Source of the DNA: Candidatus Peregrinibacteria bacterium
GTDB taxonomy: Bacteria > Patescibacteriota > Gracilibacteria > UBA1369
NCBI GenBank assembly: GCA_963708185.1
Contig: OY970195.1
Location: forward strand, 1,344,001 to 1,408,000
Reading direction: 5' to 3'
DNA: 64,000 bases
Below, in pieces: positions 39,218 through 49,847 of this stretch. Each line of letters begins with the position of its first letter. Position 1 is the stretch's first letter. Made by a program: the position numbers and the translations under genes. Under the pieces are notes generated by a model, which made no database searches, was not told where the DNA came from, and saw nothing but the letters and a program-made list of their open reading frames with translations.

Positions 39218-41512
39218 TTATTTTTTGTCCGGAGGGATGCTGTAATAGTTGAAGAGGTATTCGGCGAGGTCGTGATAGAGAACCGCAGTCGTCGAGTCGG
39301 CCCATTCTGACGTTCTGGGTCGGGTCATTTTGACGAGAATGACGAACTTAGGATCGTTGATGGGAGCGAAGCCGAGGACGGTGACCACCGTCGTACCTAC
39401 ACCGCTGACAGCGGCTCCGTATTTATAGGTCTGGGCCGTTCCGGTTTTGGCCCCGATGTAGTGATCCGGAAGTTTGATTTTCCCGTAACTGTCTCCGTTT
39501 TCAACATTGTTGACGAGCATGGCCGTCATGGTGTTGGCGGTTTCTTCGCTGATGACCCTCTGAACGGCAACCGGGTCCGTTTTGGTGGTTTTGCCGCCTT
39601 TTTGCACGATACTGTCGACGATGTGGGGTTCCATGAGTACGCCTTTGTTGGCGACCGCCGCGTAGGCGGTGACCATCTGGATCGGTGTGGCAAGAATACC
39701 CTGGCCGAAGGCGTGGTTGGCAAGTTCACTGTCCGTCCAGGTGTCGAACTGGGTGATCTTTCCCGGGCTTTCGTCGTCGAATTCGATACCGGTTCTTTCG
39801 TTGAATCCGAACTTGAGCATATAATTATAGAAAAGGTTGCGGCCCATCTTGCGCGCCACGAAGGAGATACCGGTGTTACAGGAGTTCTGGATGACCCAGG
39901 TCATGGTGGAGCGTCCGGTACATTTTGAGGAAACGTTTTTGATCATGGCGTCGTAATGCTGACCGTCGGGTCCAACGTGCGGACCGTTGGGGTTCTTGTC
40001 GAGATAGAGCACTCCGGGGTCGGTGAAACTCGTCGACGGTTTGACGTCGCCGTCGTCGATGGCGGAAGACATGGTGATGATTTTATAGACCGACCCGGGT
40101 TCATAAGGGAGCGATACGGCTAGGTTCTGATAGGCCGAAGGCCCGACGTTGTTCTTGTATTTCTTGTAAATGACGCTCCCGTCCGATTCAGTTTCTTTAA
40201 AGACTTCGAAACGGTCGTCCTGCTGGACGTTGCGATAGAACCAGAAGGCATTGTCGGTCCCGGCGATGGGCACCAGGTTCTTGATGTCGTCGGCGCTCAG
40301 GTTGACGGGTTCGGTGTCGTAGACCGCGCTGTAGTCGTTGGGGTCGAAGGTCGGGTAGTCTGCCATGGCGATGATATTTCCGGTTTTGGGATCCATGACG
40401 ATGACCTGTCCGTCGTTTGCCCTGAAGTCCTGGACGTATTTTGCAAGGAGCTGTTCGACCTCCATCTGGATGGAACGGTCGATGGTCAGGACGATGTCGT
40501 CGCCGTCAACGGCGGGCTGGATGATGTTGTTGTCGCCGACGGTGATCTGGCGTCCGATACTGTCTTTCTGCGTCTGGAAGACGCCTTTTTTCCCCTGAAG
40601 CTGCGTGTTGTATTTGCTTTCGATGCCGTACTGTCCGATGCCCTGGGGAGTGACGAAGCCCAGGACGTTGGCGGCGAGCTGCCCTTCGGGGTAATAACGG
40701 AAATATTCTTCCTGAAGCCCCAGTCCGCTGAAGCTTTTCGTCTTGTCGTCGGTGATGAGCTTTTTGATCTGCGCGGAAATTTCGGGACTGAGTTTGCGTT
40801 TCAGAATGACGTAACGGTTCAGTCCTTTGAGGATGCTTTCCAGTTCGGAAGGAGGAAGTTCAAGGATCGGACTCAGCGCGACGGCTACGGCGTGACGGTC
40901 GGCGATCTGCGCCGGGTAGGCGTTCAGTTGGCCTTCGTTGACTTCTATTCCGGTGAGTTTCATGCCGTCGATCTGTTCCAGGGTCTGTTGGTCAAGGTCG
41001 TTGCTCAGCAAAATCTGCGAACGCGTTTCCTGACTGATTTTATCCAGAAGGTCGGCCGAAAACTGCTGGAAAAGCTCTTCATCGGTCAACGATTTGACCT
41101 GCGCTTTTTCTTCAGGGGTTTTGGCTTTGGCGAGGTCGACCTGGACTCTTTTTGCGTCTGTGTCGCGGGCCTCCTTGAGGTCGAAAATCATCGGAGCTAT
41201 CCTGTCGGCGACCAGTTTTTTGTTGGTGATAAGCGTCGGGTCGGCATAGAGAAGATCCAGGGTGATGTTCGTCGCCACGCGGACCTGATCTCCCGAAGCG
41301 TAATCTTTGATGAAGATTTCACCGCGTCTGGCAGGGAGTTCGCTGTAGCCGTAGTGTTCCTTTGCGGCCACGGTTTCGTAGTAATCGTAACGCATGACCT
41401 GCAGGTAGAAAAGTCTCACGAGGATCACCGCCGTCATGAAGATCATGAAGGCCATCAGCCACGCCAGCCGGCTTCCGGGTTTTGAAGGTCGCTGTGCTCT
41501 TTTTTTTGCCAT
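39218..41512 (-). CDS. Class B penicillin-binding protein (FtsI/PBP2-like)
   Basis: ARRGEI, RYYP, EPGSVYK (SxxK), SCN, KTGTAQ. Confidence 0.93.
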   Translation of the reverse strand: MAKKRAQRPSKPGSRLAWLMAFMIFMTAVILVRLFYLQVMRYDYYETVAAKEHYGYSELPARRGEIFIKDYASGDQVRVATNITLDLLYADPTLITNKKLVADRIAPMIFDLKEARDTDAKRVQVDLAKAKTPEEKAQVKSLTDEELFQQFSADLLDKISQETRSQILLSNDLDQQTLEQIDGMKLTGIEVNEGQLNAYPAQIADRHAVAVALSPILELPPSELESILKGLNRYVILKRKLSPEISAQIKKLITDDKTKSFSGLGLQEEYFRYYPEGQLAANVLGFVTPQGIGQYGIESKYNTQLQGKKGVFQTQKDSIGRQITVGDNNIIQPAVDGDDIVLTIDRSIQMEVEQLLAKYVQDFRANDGQVIVMDPKTGNIIAMADYPTFDPNDYSAVYDTEPVNLSADDIKNLVPIAGTDNAFWFYRNVQQDDRFEVFKETESDGSVIYKKYKNNVGPSAYQNLAVSLPYEPGSVYKIITMSSAIDDGDVKPSTSFTDPGVLYLDKNPNGPHVGPDGQHYDAMIKNVSSKCTGRSTMTWVIQNSCNTGISFVARKMGRNLFYNYMLKFGFNERTGIEFDDESPGKITQFDTWTDSELANHAFGQGILATPIQMVTAYAAVANKGVLMEPHIVDSIVQKGGKTTKTDPVAVQRVISEETANTMTAMLVNNVENGDSYGKIKLPDHYIGAKTGTAQTYKYGAAVSGVGTTVVTVLGFAPINDPKFVILVKMTRPRTSEWADSTTAVLYHDLAEYLFNYYSIPPDKK

Positions 41513-41611
41513 AACAGTGAAAGTGATTGCGGGATGGTATTATAGAGGGATTTTTATAAAATTTCCAACGTGGTATAATACCCCAGAGTTTTAGCCCTTA
41601 TTATTACGAAA

Positions 41612-42880
41612 ATGTCACGGAAGACCACCCTTGAAAACGGCTTGCGGATAGTCACAAAAGAACTTGATAATACCAAATCGGTGACGGTGCTCATTCTTGT
41701 GGGAGCGGGCTCCCGCTATGAGGTGAAGGAGATCAACGGCATCTCACATTTCTTGGAGCACATGTTTTTTAAAGGCGCGAAGAAGTATAAAAATACGAAA
41801 GAGGTTTCCGAAGCGATCGACGGGGTCGGCGGGGATTTCAATGCTTTTACGGGTAAAGAGTATGCCGGTTACTACGTGAAGGTCGCGGACAAGCATGTCG
41901 GTTTGGCCCTCGACGTGCTCGGAGACATGCTTATCCATTCCAAATTTGATCCCGTTGAGATCGACAAGGAACGCGGCGTCATCATGGAGGAGTACAACAT
42001 GTATCAGGACACGCCGATGTACCAGATCGGATGGGATTTTGAACGGCTCATCTACGGGGATCAGCCCATCGGATGGGACCAGGTCGGCACCAAAGAGGTG
42101 ATCATGGGCGTCCAGCAAAAGGATTTTTTGAAATATCGCAGCGAACTCTATACTCCGGAAAATACCGTCATCGCCATCGCCGGTAACGTCGATCATGACA
42201 ACGTCGTCGAACAGATCGAAAAACTTTTTGAGTTCGAAAAAAAGAAAAAAGATTACAACTTTCTTCCGGTGAAGGAGTTCAATACGGGCTCCAGGCTTTA
42301 TTTGAGAACCAAGAAGACGGAACAGGCTCACCTGATGCTCGGTTTCCCGGGATACCCTGAACAACATAAGGACCACTACACAGCCAGACTGTTGGCCGTC
42401 GCCCTCGGCGGAAACATGAGTTCGCGCATGTTCCTTTCCGTCCGTGAACAGCAGGGCCTTGCCTACTACATCAATTCGACCACCGACGAATATACGGATA
42501 CCGGGACGTTCACCACGAATGCCGGCGTCTCTTTGGACGGCATAGACAAGGCGATCGTGGCCATCATGAAGGAGTACAAGAAAATCATGGATGAACCCGT
42601 GCCTCCGGCTGAACTGAAAAAAGCCCAGGAATTCCTGAAAGGGAAAATGGTGCTGAGGCTTGAGGATTCGGAAGAGTACGCCCATTTGCTGGGAAAATAC
42701 GAACTTCTCTACTCCAAAATGAGAAGTCCGGAAGAGATCATGAAGCAGATCGACAAGGTCACGGTGAAAGACCTGCAGCGCGTCGCACAGGATCTTTTCA
42801 AGGAAGATGCGGTCCGTCTTGCCGTGATCGGGCCCTATGAAGATCAGGAACGCTTTTTGAAACTGTTGAAATTCTCCTGA
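41612..42880 (+). CDS. M16 (pitrilysin-family) zinc peptidase
   Basis: GISHFLEHMFFKG, NAFT, SSRMF...GLAY. Confidence 0.93.
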   Translation: MSRKTTLENGLRIVTKELDNTKSVTVLILVGAGSRYEVKEINGISHFLEHMFFKGAKKYKNTKEVSEAIDGVGGDFNAFTGKEYAGYYVKVADKHVGLALDVLGDMLIHSKFDPVEIDKERGVIMEEYNMYQDTPMYQIGWDFERLIYGDQPIGWDQVGTKEVIMGVQQKDFLKYRSELYTPENTVIAIAGNVDHDNVVEQIEKLFEFEKKKKDYNFLPVKEFNTGSRLYLRTKKTEQAHLMLGFPGYPEQHKDHYTARLLAVALGGNMSSRMFLSVREQQGLAYYINSTTDEYTDTGTFTTNAGVSLDGIDKAIVAIMKEYKKIMDEPVPPAELKKAQEFLKGKMVLRLEDSEEYAHLLGKYELLYSKMRSPEEIMKQIDKVTVKDLQRVAQDLFKEDAVRLAVIGPYEDQERFLKLLKFS

Positions 42881-42934
42881 TCATCAGTATTATAGTGCGT
42901 GTTTAAGGTTTATTCATTAATCGATTCATATTCT

Positions 42935-43423
42935 ATGGCTATGGATTTTAAGGGAGTCAAAGAGAAAACATTGGTGCTTATCAAGCCGGACGGCATTCAG
43001 CGCGGTCTGGTGGGAGAAGTCATGGCGCGTTTTGAACGGAAAGGTCTGAAACTCGCGGGCTTGAAGATGATGACCCTGGATGAAGCCGTATTACGTGAAC
43101 ATTACGCTCATATCGCTGACAAGCCTTTCTTCCCGGGCGTCAGCCAGTTCATGCAGAGTTCTCCGGTTGTGGCCATGTGTTGGGAAGGTCTTGAAGTCGT
43201 GCAGGCAGTGAGAATTTTGTGCGGTGTCACCAAGTCGCGCGCGGCCGATGCAGGTTCCATCCGCGGTGATTTCGCCATGAGCGTGGCATGCAACGTCATC
43301 CATGCGTCCGATTCCGTTGAAACGGCGATGAAGGAGGTCCCGCGTTTCTTCAATCCCGATGAAGTTTTTGAATACAAGAAATCCGAGTACGAGCATGTCT
43401 ACATGGAGGATGAAAAGTCCTAG
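42935..43423 (+). CDS. ndk: Nucleoside diphosphate kinase
   Basis: TLVLIKPDG, GSIRGDF, NVIHASDS. Confidence 0.96.
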   Translation: MAMDFKGVKEKTLVLIKPDGIQRGLVGEVMARFERKGLKLAGLKMMTLDEAVLREHYAHIADKPFFPGVSQFMQSSPVVAMCWEGLEVVQAVRILCGVTKSRAADAGSIRGDFAMSVACNVIHASDSVETAMKEVPRFFNPDEVFEYKKSEYEHVYMEDEKS

Positions 43424-43432
43424 TTCTTTTGT

Positions 43433-44821
43433 ATGCCTTTTTTAAAGCTCGCCTCCCTTAAGCGGAAGCTTTCGCAAGGCGAGAATGATATCAGTATTTT
43501 TGAAAGCGTGCGCGGCAGGTCAGCTTTTCTGTTGCACGGCGCCGAAGGAAGATACAGTTTTATCGGATACGATCCTTTCGCAAAAATCTGGAGCAGGAAA
43601 GGGGTGACCCAGCTTGAAAAGCTCAAAGATTTCTATGATTGGAAAAAGTCAGATTCCATCCAGATGTTCGAAGGGGATCCCATCGGAGTTTTACGTAAAC
43701 TGTCGGCGCATTTTCGTTATAACGGCAAGTCCCCGGTTCCGTTTTGCGGAGGTTTGGCCGGATATTTCAGCTACGATTTCGGAGCTTCCATGGGCGGTGT
43801 CCGTCAGAAAGTTTTCGACGACCTCGAGCTTCCGGATTTCGTTTTCTGTTTCGTCAATAAGCTGCTGGCGATAGATCATGAACTTTCCGAGCTTCATTTG
43901 CTGGCGCTCGCTCCGACGGACGCAAGGGCGGAATACGTTTTGAAATCTATGGAGGCTGACCTTGAAGGGACTTCCGACCTTATCGCTGCCGGGGATATCG
44001 GCGAGATCCAGTCCAATCTCAGTTTCGAAAAGTACTCTTTGAAACTTGCGAAGATCCGCCACTATCTGGAGGAAGGGGAGACGTATCAGGTAAATTTTTC
44101 CCAGCGTTTTTCCGCGTCGAGTACTCGTGATCCCTGGTCCGTTTATAAATCTCTGGATAAGATCAATCCGGCGGATTACGGCTGTTTTTTCGATTTCGAA
44201 GATTTTCAGATCGTAAGTTCCTCACCCGAACTGCTGCTGAAAAAAAACGGGTCTTCGATCGTGACGAAACCTATCAAGGGGACCGTGGCGAAAGGGAAAA
44301 ACAATCGGGAAGATGAGGAAAACATTGAGGTTCTCAGAAGGTCGAAAAAAGATGCGGCGGAGCTGGCGATGATCGTCGATCTTGAACGCAACGATATCGG
44401 AAAGGTATGTGAACCCGGTACTGTAAGAGTAAAATCGCATCGGGAAGTGAAAAAACTGGCGCGGGTTATTCACACGCTCTCGACCGTTGAAGGGAAGCTT
44501 CACCACAACAGAGACTTTCTTGATGCTTTCGAGGCACTGTTCCCCGGGGGGTCCATTACCGGTTGTCCCAAAAAGCGGACCATGGAGATCATCGACGAGC
44601 TTGAGGATTTCAGGCGGGGCATTTACACCGGCTCGGCCGGATATCTGGGATTTGACGGAAACGGCGAGATGAACATTCTTATCAGGACTCTGCTCGTGAA
44701 GGACGGCCGGTTGTATTTTCAGGCTGGAGGAGGCATCGTCATCGATTCGGATGCCGGGAAAGAGTATGAGGAAAGTTTTCGAAAAGCTTTGGCCATCAAT
44801 GAGGCTTTAGGGAAATCATGA
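43433..44821 (+). CDS. pabB: Aminodeoxychorismate synthase component I
   Basis: SSSPE, PIKGT (PabB-type Lys), MIVDLERND, FPGGSITG; folate-gene context. Confidence 0.88.
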   Translation: MPFLKLASLKRKLSQGENDISIFESVRGRSAFLLHGAEGRYSFIGYDPFAKIWSRKGVTQLEKLKDFYDWKKSDSIQMFEGDPIGVLRKLSAHFRYNGKSPVPFCGGLAGYFSYDFGASMGGVRQKVFDDLELPDFVFCFVNKLLAIDHELSELHLLALAPTDARAEYVLKSMEADLEGTSDLIAAGDIGEIQSNLSFEKYSLKLAKIRHYLEEGETYQVNFSQRFSASSTRDPWSVYKSLDKINPADYGCFFDFEDFQIVSSSPELLLKKNGSSIVTKPIKGTVAKGKNNREDEENIEVLRRSKKDAAELAMIVDLERNDIGKVCEPGTVRVKSHREVKKLARVIHTLSTVEGKLHHNRDFLDAFEALFPGGSITGCPKKRTMEIIDELEDFRRGIYTGSAGYLGFDGNGEMNILIRTLLVKDGRLYFQAGGGIVIDSDAGKEYEESFRKALAINEALGKS

Positions 44822-44919
44822 TAATGTCATAAAAAGATGCTGCCGTCATTTATATTGACTAATTCAGCTATTGCATTTTGATTTTCCTGCTGTAGTATGC
44901 TTGGTGGTAAGTTTTGTTT

Positions 44920-45309
44920 ATGCCTTCAAGTACACCAGCACCGGCTCCGCAGGAAAATCTATTGCCTGATGAACCCCTCAATACGGGGGTCAGGCTTATT
45001 TCACCGATTTCTCCGGAGCCTCACGACACGGTTCAGGATCTTGAACCTTCACTCGAAGACGGGTCGGTGGAAGGCGTTGCCGGGCAGATTCATCTTTTAG
45101 CTTCTGCTGCGCTTAAACCCCAGCCCGTGCCGGATATGGACGAGGAGGTTGATGCGAATGTTTTTGTCGAAATGTTTATGCGCGACCCCGACGATTTTTC
45201 GGAAACGACCGAGGTCACCCAGGCTCCCTTCAAGGTTGTTGCGGAGAGCTCCACTGACGAAGAAGAGAACATCGATCTGGTCCGTCCGGATTTGGAAGAC
45301 GTCGATTAA
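44920..45309 (+). CDS. Hypothetical acidic low-complexity protein
   Basis: D/E/P-rich ORF, co-oriented. Confidence 0.5.
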   Translation: MPSSTPAPAPQENLLPDEPLNTGVRLISPISPEPHDTVQDLEPSLEDGSVEGVAGQIHLLASAALKPQPVPDMDEEVDANVFVEMFMRDPDDFSETTEVTQAPFKVVAESSTDEEENIDLVRPDLEDVD

Positions 45310-45326
45310 ATTTTTGTTTTTTTTCT

Positions 45327-45689
45327 ATGGCAAGTTCAACGCCGCCGGCATACCTCCGGGAACCAACGGAAAATGATCCGGGGTCTACGAAAGTGGAGGT
45401 TCCGGAGACCTGTAAATCGGGAGTTCATGCCGCCGAGGATTTTATCAAAGCCCACGTTGACGTGAGCAAACCGGTTCGCATAAAAATTGCCAGGGTCATC
45501 CGCATGAAAGAGATTCGGGAAGTGAGCAGGCGGGAACTGGAACGTGAAGAAGAGGTGGTTTTCCCGAGCCAGGAGCTTCTTGAAAAAATCGAGCATTGCA
45601 GATCTGCCGAAGATTTTTTGGGAGTCATTGACGCCATGTTCCTGGAAGATGATAAAATAAAAGCAGAAAAGAAAAAGAGGGGGTTCTGA
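45327..45689 (+). CDS. Hypothetical protein
   Basis: 120-aa co-oriented ORF. Confidence 0.5.
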   Translation: MASSTPPAYLREPTENDPGSTKVEVPETCKSGVHAAEDFIKAHVDVSKPVRIKIARVIRMKEIREVSRRELEREEEVVFPSQELLEKIEHCRSAEDFLGVIDAMFLEDDKIKAEKKKRGF

Positions 45690-45701
45690 TAAAAAATCTC
45701 T

Positions 45702-46562
45702 ATGGTTGTTTTTTTGAACGGTCGGTTCGTGGACGTCCGAACAGCGAAAGTTTCTGTTTTTGATCACGGTTTTTTGTATGCCGACGGGGTCTACGAGACC
45801 TTGCGCACGTACGGTGGTTTTGTGTGGCAGCCCGGTGAACATTTGGGAAGGATGCGGAGATCCGCGAAGATGATCGGCCTTGATGTGCCGTGGACGCTCG
45901 AACAGATGGAGCGATGGATCCTGGAGGCCGTCAAACGCAACGGTTTCAGGGAATCGAGAATTCGCGTTACGGTGACGCGCGGCGAGAACGGTTTTGATTT
46001 CGGCAAAGCGATGAAGCCGACGATCTGTATTCAGGTCCAGAAGCTGGTTCCGCAACCCGGGTCGGTGTATCAAAAGGGTGTGGACGCGGTGGTTTTCCGC
46101 GGGAAAAGGATTTTGCCCGAAGCAAAAACGCTCAATCTGCTGCCGATGGTCATGGCTCAGCGTTTCATGAAAGAACACAACGCGTATGAAGCTTTTTTTG
46201 TTGACGGGAAAGGGAATGTGAAAGAGGGAACGGTCACGAATATTTTTATGGTCCGCAAGGGCGTACTCGTGACTCCGGGGAAGGGCATACTTGCGGGAAC
46301 GACGCGTGATGTTTTGTTGAAGGTGGCGCGGCGCCTGCGTTTGAAAGTACGGGTGCGGGACATCAAACTCCGCGAAATGTACCATGCCGAAGAGCTTTTT
46401 ATCACCAACGCGCCGCGCGGCATCGTGCCGGTGCGCAGAGTGAAAGGTTATGCGATAGGCTCCGAAAAATGGAAAGCCGTGAAATGTCCCGGACCTGTGA
46501 CGAAAATGCTCATGAAGGCTTTTCAAGCCAAGATTGAAGAGTTTATTGCTGGACAGTCCTGA
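45702..46562 (+). CDS. Class IV PLP enzyme (ADC lyase PabC / branched-chain aminotransferase family)
   Basis: DHGFLYADGVYET, AKTLN, EGTVTN, ILAGTTR; lies between pabB and folP. Confidence 0.88.
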   Translation: MVVFLNGRFVDVRTAKVSVFDHGFLYADGVYETLRTYGGFVWQPGEHLGRMRRSAKMIGLDVPWTLEQMERWILEAVKRNGFRESRIRVTVTRGENGFDFGKAMKPTICIQVQKLVPQPGSVYQKGVDAVVFRGKRILPEAKTLNLLPMVMAQRFMKEHNAYEAFFVDGKGNVKEGTVTNIFMVRKGVLVTPGKGILAGTTRDVLLKVARRLRLKVRVRDIKLREMYHAEELFITNAPRGIVPVRRVKGYAIGSEKWKAVKCPGPVTKMLMKAFQAKIEEFIAGQS

Positions 46563-46589
46563 TTTCGGGTATCATCTGATCCTGTTTTT

Positions 46590-47441
46590 ATGTTTATGGA
46601 TCATTTGCTGATAAGCCGCGAAAAAAAGCTTTCTTTCGAGAAGCCTCTGGTGATGGGGATTTTGAACGTCACTCCCGATTCTTTTTCCGACGGCGGTCAA
46701 TTCCATAATGCCGGTGAAGCGGTTGAGCATGCTTTGAAGATGATTGAAGAAGGGGCCGACATCATTGATATGGGCGGTGAGTCCACCGGGCCGGGTTCCA
46801 AAGACGTCAGCATGGATGAAGAGCTTTTCCGCGTTATGCCGGTGTTTGAAGCTTTACGCAAACGGACGGAGGCGTGGATTTCCGTTGATACGTATAAATC
46901 CGGTGTGGCCAAGGCGGTTCTGGACGGTGGAGCGGATATGATCAATGACGTCACGGCTTTGCGAGGGGATTCGAAGATGGCAGAGCTTCTTGCCGCCGGC
47001 GACGTTCCCGTGGTGCTGATGTATTCCAAGGATTCAACGGCTCGGACGACGCGTGAAGAAACGCATTACGATGACGTTGTGGCAACGGTGAAGAAATTTT
47101 TTGAAGAACGCCTGAAGTATGCCGAGGAATCGGGTCTGGCAAAAAGCCGTTTGATTCTTGATCCGGGGATGGGGGCTTTCGTCAGCGCCGACCCAAAGTA
47201 CAGCCTGCAGCTCTTAAAAAGGCTTCGTGAGTTTGATCCGTTCGGTTTGCCGGTTCTGGTCGGTCCTTCACGGAAATCTTTCATCGGGCAGGTGCTGGCT
47301 GTTCCTTTGCATCAGCGCCTGGAAGGAACGCTTGCAGCCTGCGCGGCTGCCGTGATGAACGGGGCTTCCATTTTACGCGTTCATGATGTACAAGAAACTC
47401 GGCGCACGGTGGATATGATCCGCGCCATCATGACTTCCTAA
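46590..47441 (+). CDS. folP: Dihydropteroate synthase
   Basis: MGILNVTPDSFSDGG, DPG.G, SRKSF, RVHDV. Confidence 0.96.
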   Translation: MFMDHLLISREKKLSFEKPLVMGILNVTPDSFSDGGQFHNAGEAVEHALKMIEEGADIIDMGGESTGPGSKDVSMDEELFRVMPVFEALRKRTEAWISVDTYKSGVAKAVLDGGADMINDVTALRGDSKMAELLAAGDVPVVLMYSKDSTARTTREETHYDDVVATVKKFFEERLKYAEESGLAKSRLILDPGMGAFVSADPKYSLQLLKRLREFDPFGLPVLVGPSRKSFIGQVLAVPLHQRLEGTLAACAAAVMNGASILRVHDVQETRRTVDMIRAIMTS

Positions 47442-47449
47442 CCGCCATT

Positions 47450-47905
47450 ATGTTCGTTACCAAAGAGTTCACTTTTGATTCCGCCCATTTTCTCACCAAC
47501 TATTACGGTAAGTGTGAGCGTGTTCACGGGCATACGTTCCGGCTGCAGGTGACGGTGGACGGGAAAGTCCAGAGCAACGGCCTGGTGATCGATTTTGTGG
47601 TGCTCAAACGTATCGTCAAACGGCAGGTTCTTGATAAGCTCGACCATCATCTCCTCAACGACATCGTGGGAAATCCTTCCGCGGAAAGACTCGTCGTCTG
47701 GATCTGGGATCAGTTGAAAGATCTGCGCAAACTGCTCGAGAAAGAGTTCGATGATCCGAACCTCGGGGAAGATCTCAAAAAATATTTCGATAAGAAACAT
47801 TCGGAACAAGAGCTGGCACCTTTCCCATTTGACCAGGCGCTGCGTCTCCATGAGGTCAAACTCTGGGAAACCGCGTCGAGCTGCGTCACGTACCGCGGAG
47901 AATAG
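47450..47905 (+). CDS. 6-pyruvoyl-tetrahydropterin synthase family (QueD / PTPS-III-like)
   Basis: FDSAH, CERVHGH, LDHHLLND, PSAE, LWET. Confidence 0.88.
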   Translation: MFVTKEFTFDSAHFLTNYYGKCERVHGHTFRLQVTVDGKVQSNGLVIDFVVLKRIVKRQVLDKLDHHLLNDIVGNPSAERLVVWIWDQLKDLRKLLEKEFDDPNLGEDLKKYFDKKHSEQELAPFPFDQALRLHEVKLWETASSCVTYRGE

Positions 47906-47918
47906 TTTTTCAACCGTC

Positions 47919-48401
47919 ATGAACGACATTTTTTTAAGTCTGGGATCGAACGTCGGTAACCGAGGGGCGAACCTCCAGACCGCTTTGGTGAATCTGGAGC
48001 AGTGGGAGGTTCGGGTGCTGCGGAGTTCTTCCATTTACGAGACCGAGCCCTTCGGGAAGAAGGATCAGGGGAATTTTTTCAATCTTGCGGTTCAGGTTAA
48101 AACCGACCGGACGCCCGAAGACCTTTTGATGGTGCTTCATGCCATCGAGCGCAGCATGGGGAGGGAACGCAAGGAGCCGTGGGGGCCGCGCACCATAGAC
48201 CTCGATATTCTTTTTTACGGCGATAAGGTCAAAAACGACGACCATCTCACCATTCCGCACCGCCATCTTGCTGATCGCAGGTTCGTCCTGGAGCCGCTCG
48301 CGGAGATAGCCCCGGGTTTTGTTCATCCTGTTCTCAAAAAAACCGTTGAGCAGCTCTTGAAGGAGTGCACGGATAAAGGTACAGTGACCCTGCTTTCTTA
48401 A
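47919..48401 (+). CDS. folK: 6-hydroxymethyl-dihydropterin pyrophosphokinase
   Basis: LSLGSNVG, WGPRTIDLDIL, RRFVLEPL. Confidence 0.96.
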   Translation: MNDIFLSLGSNVGNRGANLQTALVNLEQWEVRVLRSSSIYETEPFGKKDQGNFFNLAVQVKTDRTPEDLLMVLHAIERSMGRERKEPWGPRTIDLDILFYGDKVKNDDHLTIPHRHLADRRFVLEPLAEIAPGFVHPVLKKTVEQLLKECTDKGTVTLLS

Positions 48402-48411
48402 GTTTTTATCC

Positions 48412-49299
48412 ATGGACGCCGTCGTTCCAACCATTGAATCTTTTCGCGACCATTTGAAGTTCCTTCGCAAGAAGTCACTGGAGATGCGCATCGAATTCCT
48501 GAAGATGACGAACAAAGCGCAGTTCGGGCATACCGGGAGCGCTCTTTCGGCCGTGGATATCCTGGTGACGCTTTACTACGGGAAGTTCCATGACCGTCCG
48601 GTGATGCAGTTCGACCCGCAGAAACCCGGTTGGGACGGTCAGGATTATTTTATTCTTTCCAAAGGACATGCCTGCCCCGCTCTTTATGCCATTCTGGCGG
48701 ATTTCGGTTTTTTCCCGAAAGAGGAACTTAACCATCTTTTCCAGATGAACAGCCTGCTTCAGGGGCATCCGGTCAAGAAAATTCCCGGGATCGTCCTGAA
48801 TGCCGGTTCACTGGCCCACGGATTTTCGGGGGCGCTGGGACTGGCCATGGTGCTGAAAGCCGAGAAGCATTACAACCGCGTGTTTTGCTTTATGGGTGAC
48901 GGAGAGCTTCAGGAGGGCCAGGTGTGGGAGGCCGCCATGGCGGCGGCTCATTATAAACTGGATAACCTCGTCCTGCTCGTGGACGATAACGGTCTGCAGA
49001 TCGAAGGTCCAACGCGTTCGGTCATGAACGTCGATCCGATCGTGGACAAGTTTGAATCTTTCGGTTGGAAAACCGTGCCGGTCCGTGACGGTCATAATTT
49101 TGAGGAGCTGCTTTCCGGGCTGGAACGCGCGATTGAGGTCCAACGAAGACCTTCAGTCGTCATTGCCCGTACCGTGAAAGGGAAAGGCGTCGGGTTCGCG
49201 GAAAACAAGTCTTTCTACCACGGCGTTCCCTTGAGCGACGAAGAGATGGCCGTTGCCATTCCGGCCCTGGAACAGGAGATGGCGCTTCTGGATTTGTAA
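48412..49299 (+). CDS. Transketolase, N-terminal (ThDP-binding) subunit
   Basis: GH, SKGH, LQGHP, GDGELQEG...N, ARTVKGKG. Confidence 0.92.
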   Translation: MDAVVPTIESFRDHLKFLRKKSLEMRIEFLKMTNKAQFGHTGSALSAVDILVTLYYGKFHDRPVMQFDPQKPGWDGQDYFILSKGHACPALYAILADFGFFPKEELNHLFQMNSLLQGHPVKKIPGIVLNAGSLAHGFSGALGLAMVLKAEKHYNRVFCFMGDGELQEGQVWEAAMAAAHYKLDNLVLLVDDNGLQIEGPTRSVMNVDPIVDKFESFGWKTVPVRDGHNFEELLSGLERAIEVQRRPSVVIARTVKGKGVGFAENKSFYHGVPLSDEEMAVAIPALEQEMALLDL

Positions 49300-49308
49300 A
49301 AGCATGCT

Positions 49309-49830
49309 ATGGTTTTCGGTCCTTTCGTGTTTTACGCGATCATCAAGACATTTTTCTTTTCGCCGTTTCTGGTGGACGGGATTTCGATGATGCCGACGCT
49401 CCATAACGGCGAGTTTTTCATGGTGGACCGTCTGACTTATCGCGAGTCCGATCCCCAACGCGACGATATTGTGGTGTTTTCTCTGGATGAAGCCCCGACG
49501 TATTACTACGTCAAAAGAGTGATCGGGCTTCCCGGAGATCACATTCATCTTGAAAAAGACGGCGTGTACCTCGTGGATCCGCGGACAGGCGTTCGCCACA
49601 GGCTCAGCGAACCGTTTGTTCTTTCCGATCCCAATCCGCCCGATAAGTTTTTGTCCGACACCAATGAACTGGGGCAGGATTTTACCGTGCCGCAGGACAG
49701 TTATTTTGTCCTTGGAGACAACCGCGAGCACAGCAAAGATTCCAGATATTTTGCCAATCCGTTCATTCCGCGCAAGAATATCGTTGGGGAATTCGGTTTT
49801 GAAATCGACGACTTGGCGAAAATACTTTGA
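49309..49830 (+). CDS. lepB: Signal peptidase I
   Basis: GISMMPTL, YVKRVIGLPGD, GDNREHSKDSR. Confidence 0.92.
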   Translation: MVFGPFVFYAIIKTFFFSPFLVDGISMMPTLHNGEFFMVDRLTYRESDPQRDDIVVFSLDEAPTYYYVKRVIGLPGDHIHLEKDGVYLVDPRTGVRHRLSEPFVLSDPNPPDKFLSDTNELGQDFTVPQDSYFVLGDNREHSKDSRYFANPFIPRKNIVGEFGFEIDDLAKIL

Positions 49831-49847
49831 AATTTTATCAATTTTCC

